Shown here: one piece after another, positions 63,260 to 64,000 of the stretch
How positions within the stretch are numbered: the stretch's first letter is position 1
Layout of the letters: every line of letters begins with the position of its first letter
DNA from: Lingula anatina
Lineage: Eukaryota; Animalia; Brachiopoda
NCBI GenBank assembly: GCA_051362555.1
Contig: CM120648.1
Coordinates: forward strand, 16,798,587-16,862,586
Reading direction: 5' to 3'
DNA length: 64,000 nucleotides
Program-made: the position numbers and the translations under genes
Notes under the pieces: model-generated
Seen by the model: the letters and a program-made list of their open reading frames with translations, nothing else
Told to the model about the DNA's origin: nothing
The model's database searches: none

Positions 63260-64000
63260 CTTGTTTCAGTTGGATGTACTTGAATGTCTTAACATTGCCG
63301 CCATCCTCTCCCACCACCAGTTGACCTGCAGGGTTGATGACTACTGCCTGGGGAAACTTCAACCCATCATCCTCAGTGACAATGTATCTGATAAACTGTC
63401 CCTGTGGACTCAGTGCCACTATACTGTGGTTATCCCAGTCAGCAATGAAGATGTGACCATAGCTGTCTGTGCACACTCCTTGTGGTAACCTCAGTTCACT
63501 GCCTTCTCTGCTGCCGTCATACTGGTACAGATGATCACCAGTAGGTGACAGCACATGTACACAGGGTCCCCACGTGTCACTGCCCCAGTCTGATATCACA
63601 ATGTTATCATTCACACTGTTCACTGTGATGTACACTGGGTATCCACACATACTGATTGGAATAGTGTTCAGGAGCTGTCCACTGTCTGCATGGAATGTCA
63701 AGATGGACTTCTTTCCAGTGTCATAAACCATCACATGACCTTGTCTGTTCAGTGTAATACCCTGTGGAAACTCCAGTAGACGCCGACCCATGGTTGTCAC
63801 CTGCTGACCTCTGGTGGAGTACACTTGGACACAACTGTCACCCTCTGATGTTATATACAGGTGACCAGTCTGTGACACAGCCACATCATATGGATAGTTT
63901 ACTTTAATGACAAACTTAAATTGCCCTTCGTGTGTGAAAACTTTTGTTCTGTTGTTTTTATAATCCACAACAAACATGTGTTCATTATCTATGGCTATAA
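63260..64000 (-). CDS. Gene R exon, NHL-repeat beta-propeller (5' part beyond the window), paralog of 16173-17097
   Basis: Collinear with the gene L NHL exon, open frame, same phase-1 donor CAA G|gtgagt. Confidence 0.93.

Overview
AT-rich, intron-containing animal genomic DNA; a lophotrochozoan or mollusc origin is inferred from the repeat and gene types. The window holds two tandem minus-strand paralogous genes buried in nested transposons. Gene L (about 17100 down to 3635, apparently continuing past the left edge) splices in frame by hand into NHL beta-propeller - Roc GTPase - COR - ZU5 - UPA, with one in-frame TGA at the end of COR. Gene R (right edge down to about 38460) has a divergent NHL exon, a short chimeric exon ending in the same tail as gene L's ZU5/UPA exon, then Q-rich - death-domain-like - CARD-like exons. 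The two NHL copies differ mainly at predicted ligand-face residues. Together this suggests an NLR-like receptor family with a variable NHL sensor, a Roc-COR switch and death-fold outputs (inference). The rest is mobile DNA: a Gypsy LTR element split by an Academ-like long-TIR element, a 14-kb EnSpm/CACTA-like element with a decayed BEN-type gene, Helentron-like elements with ~146-bp arrays, Tc1, Kolobok-, Harbinger- and Ginger-like elements, a LINE remnant and several minisatellites. Exon boundaries and domain calls come from reading motifs by eye; no searches were run.
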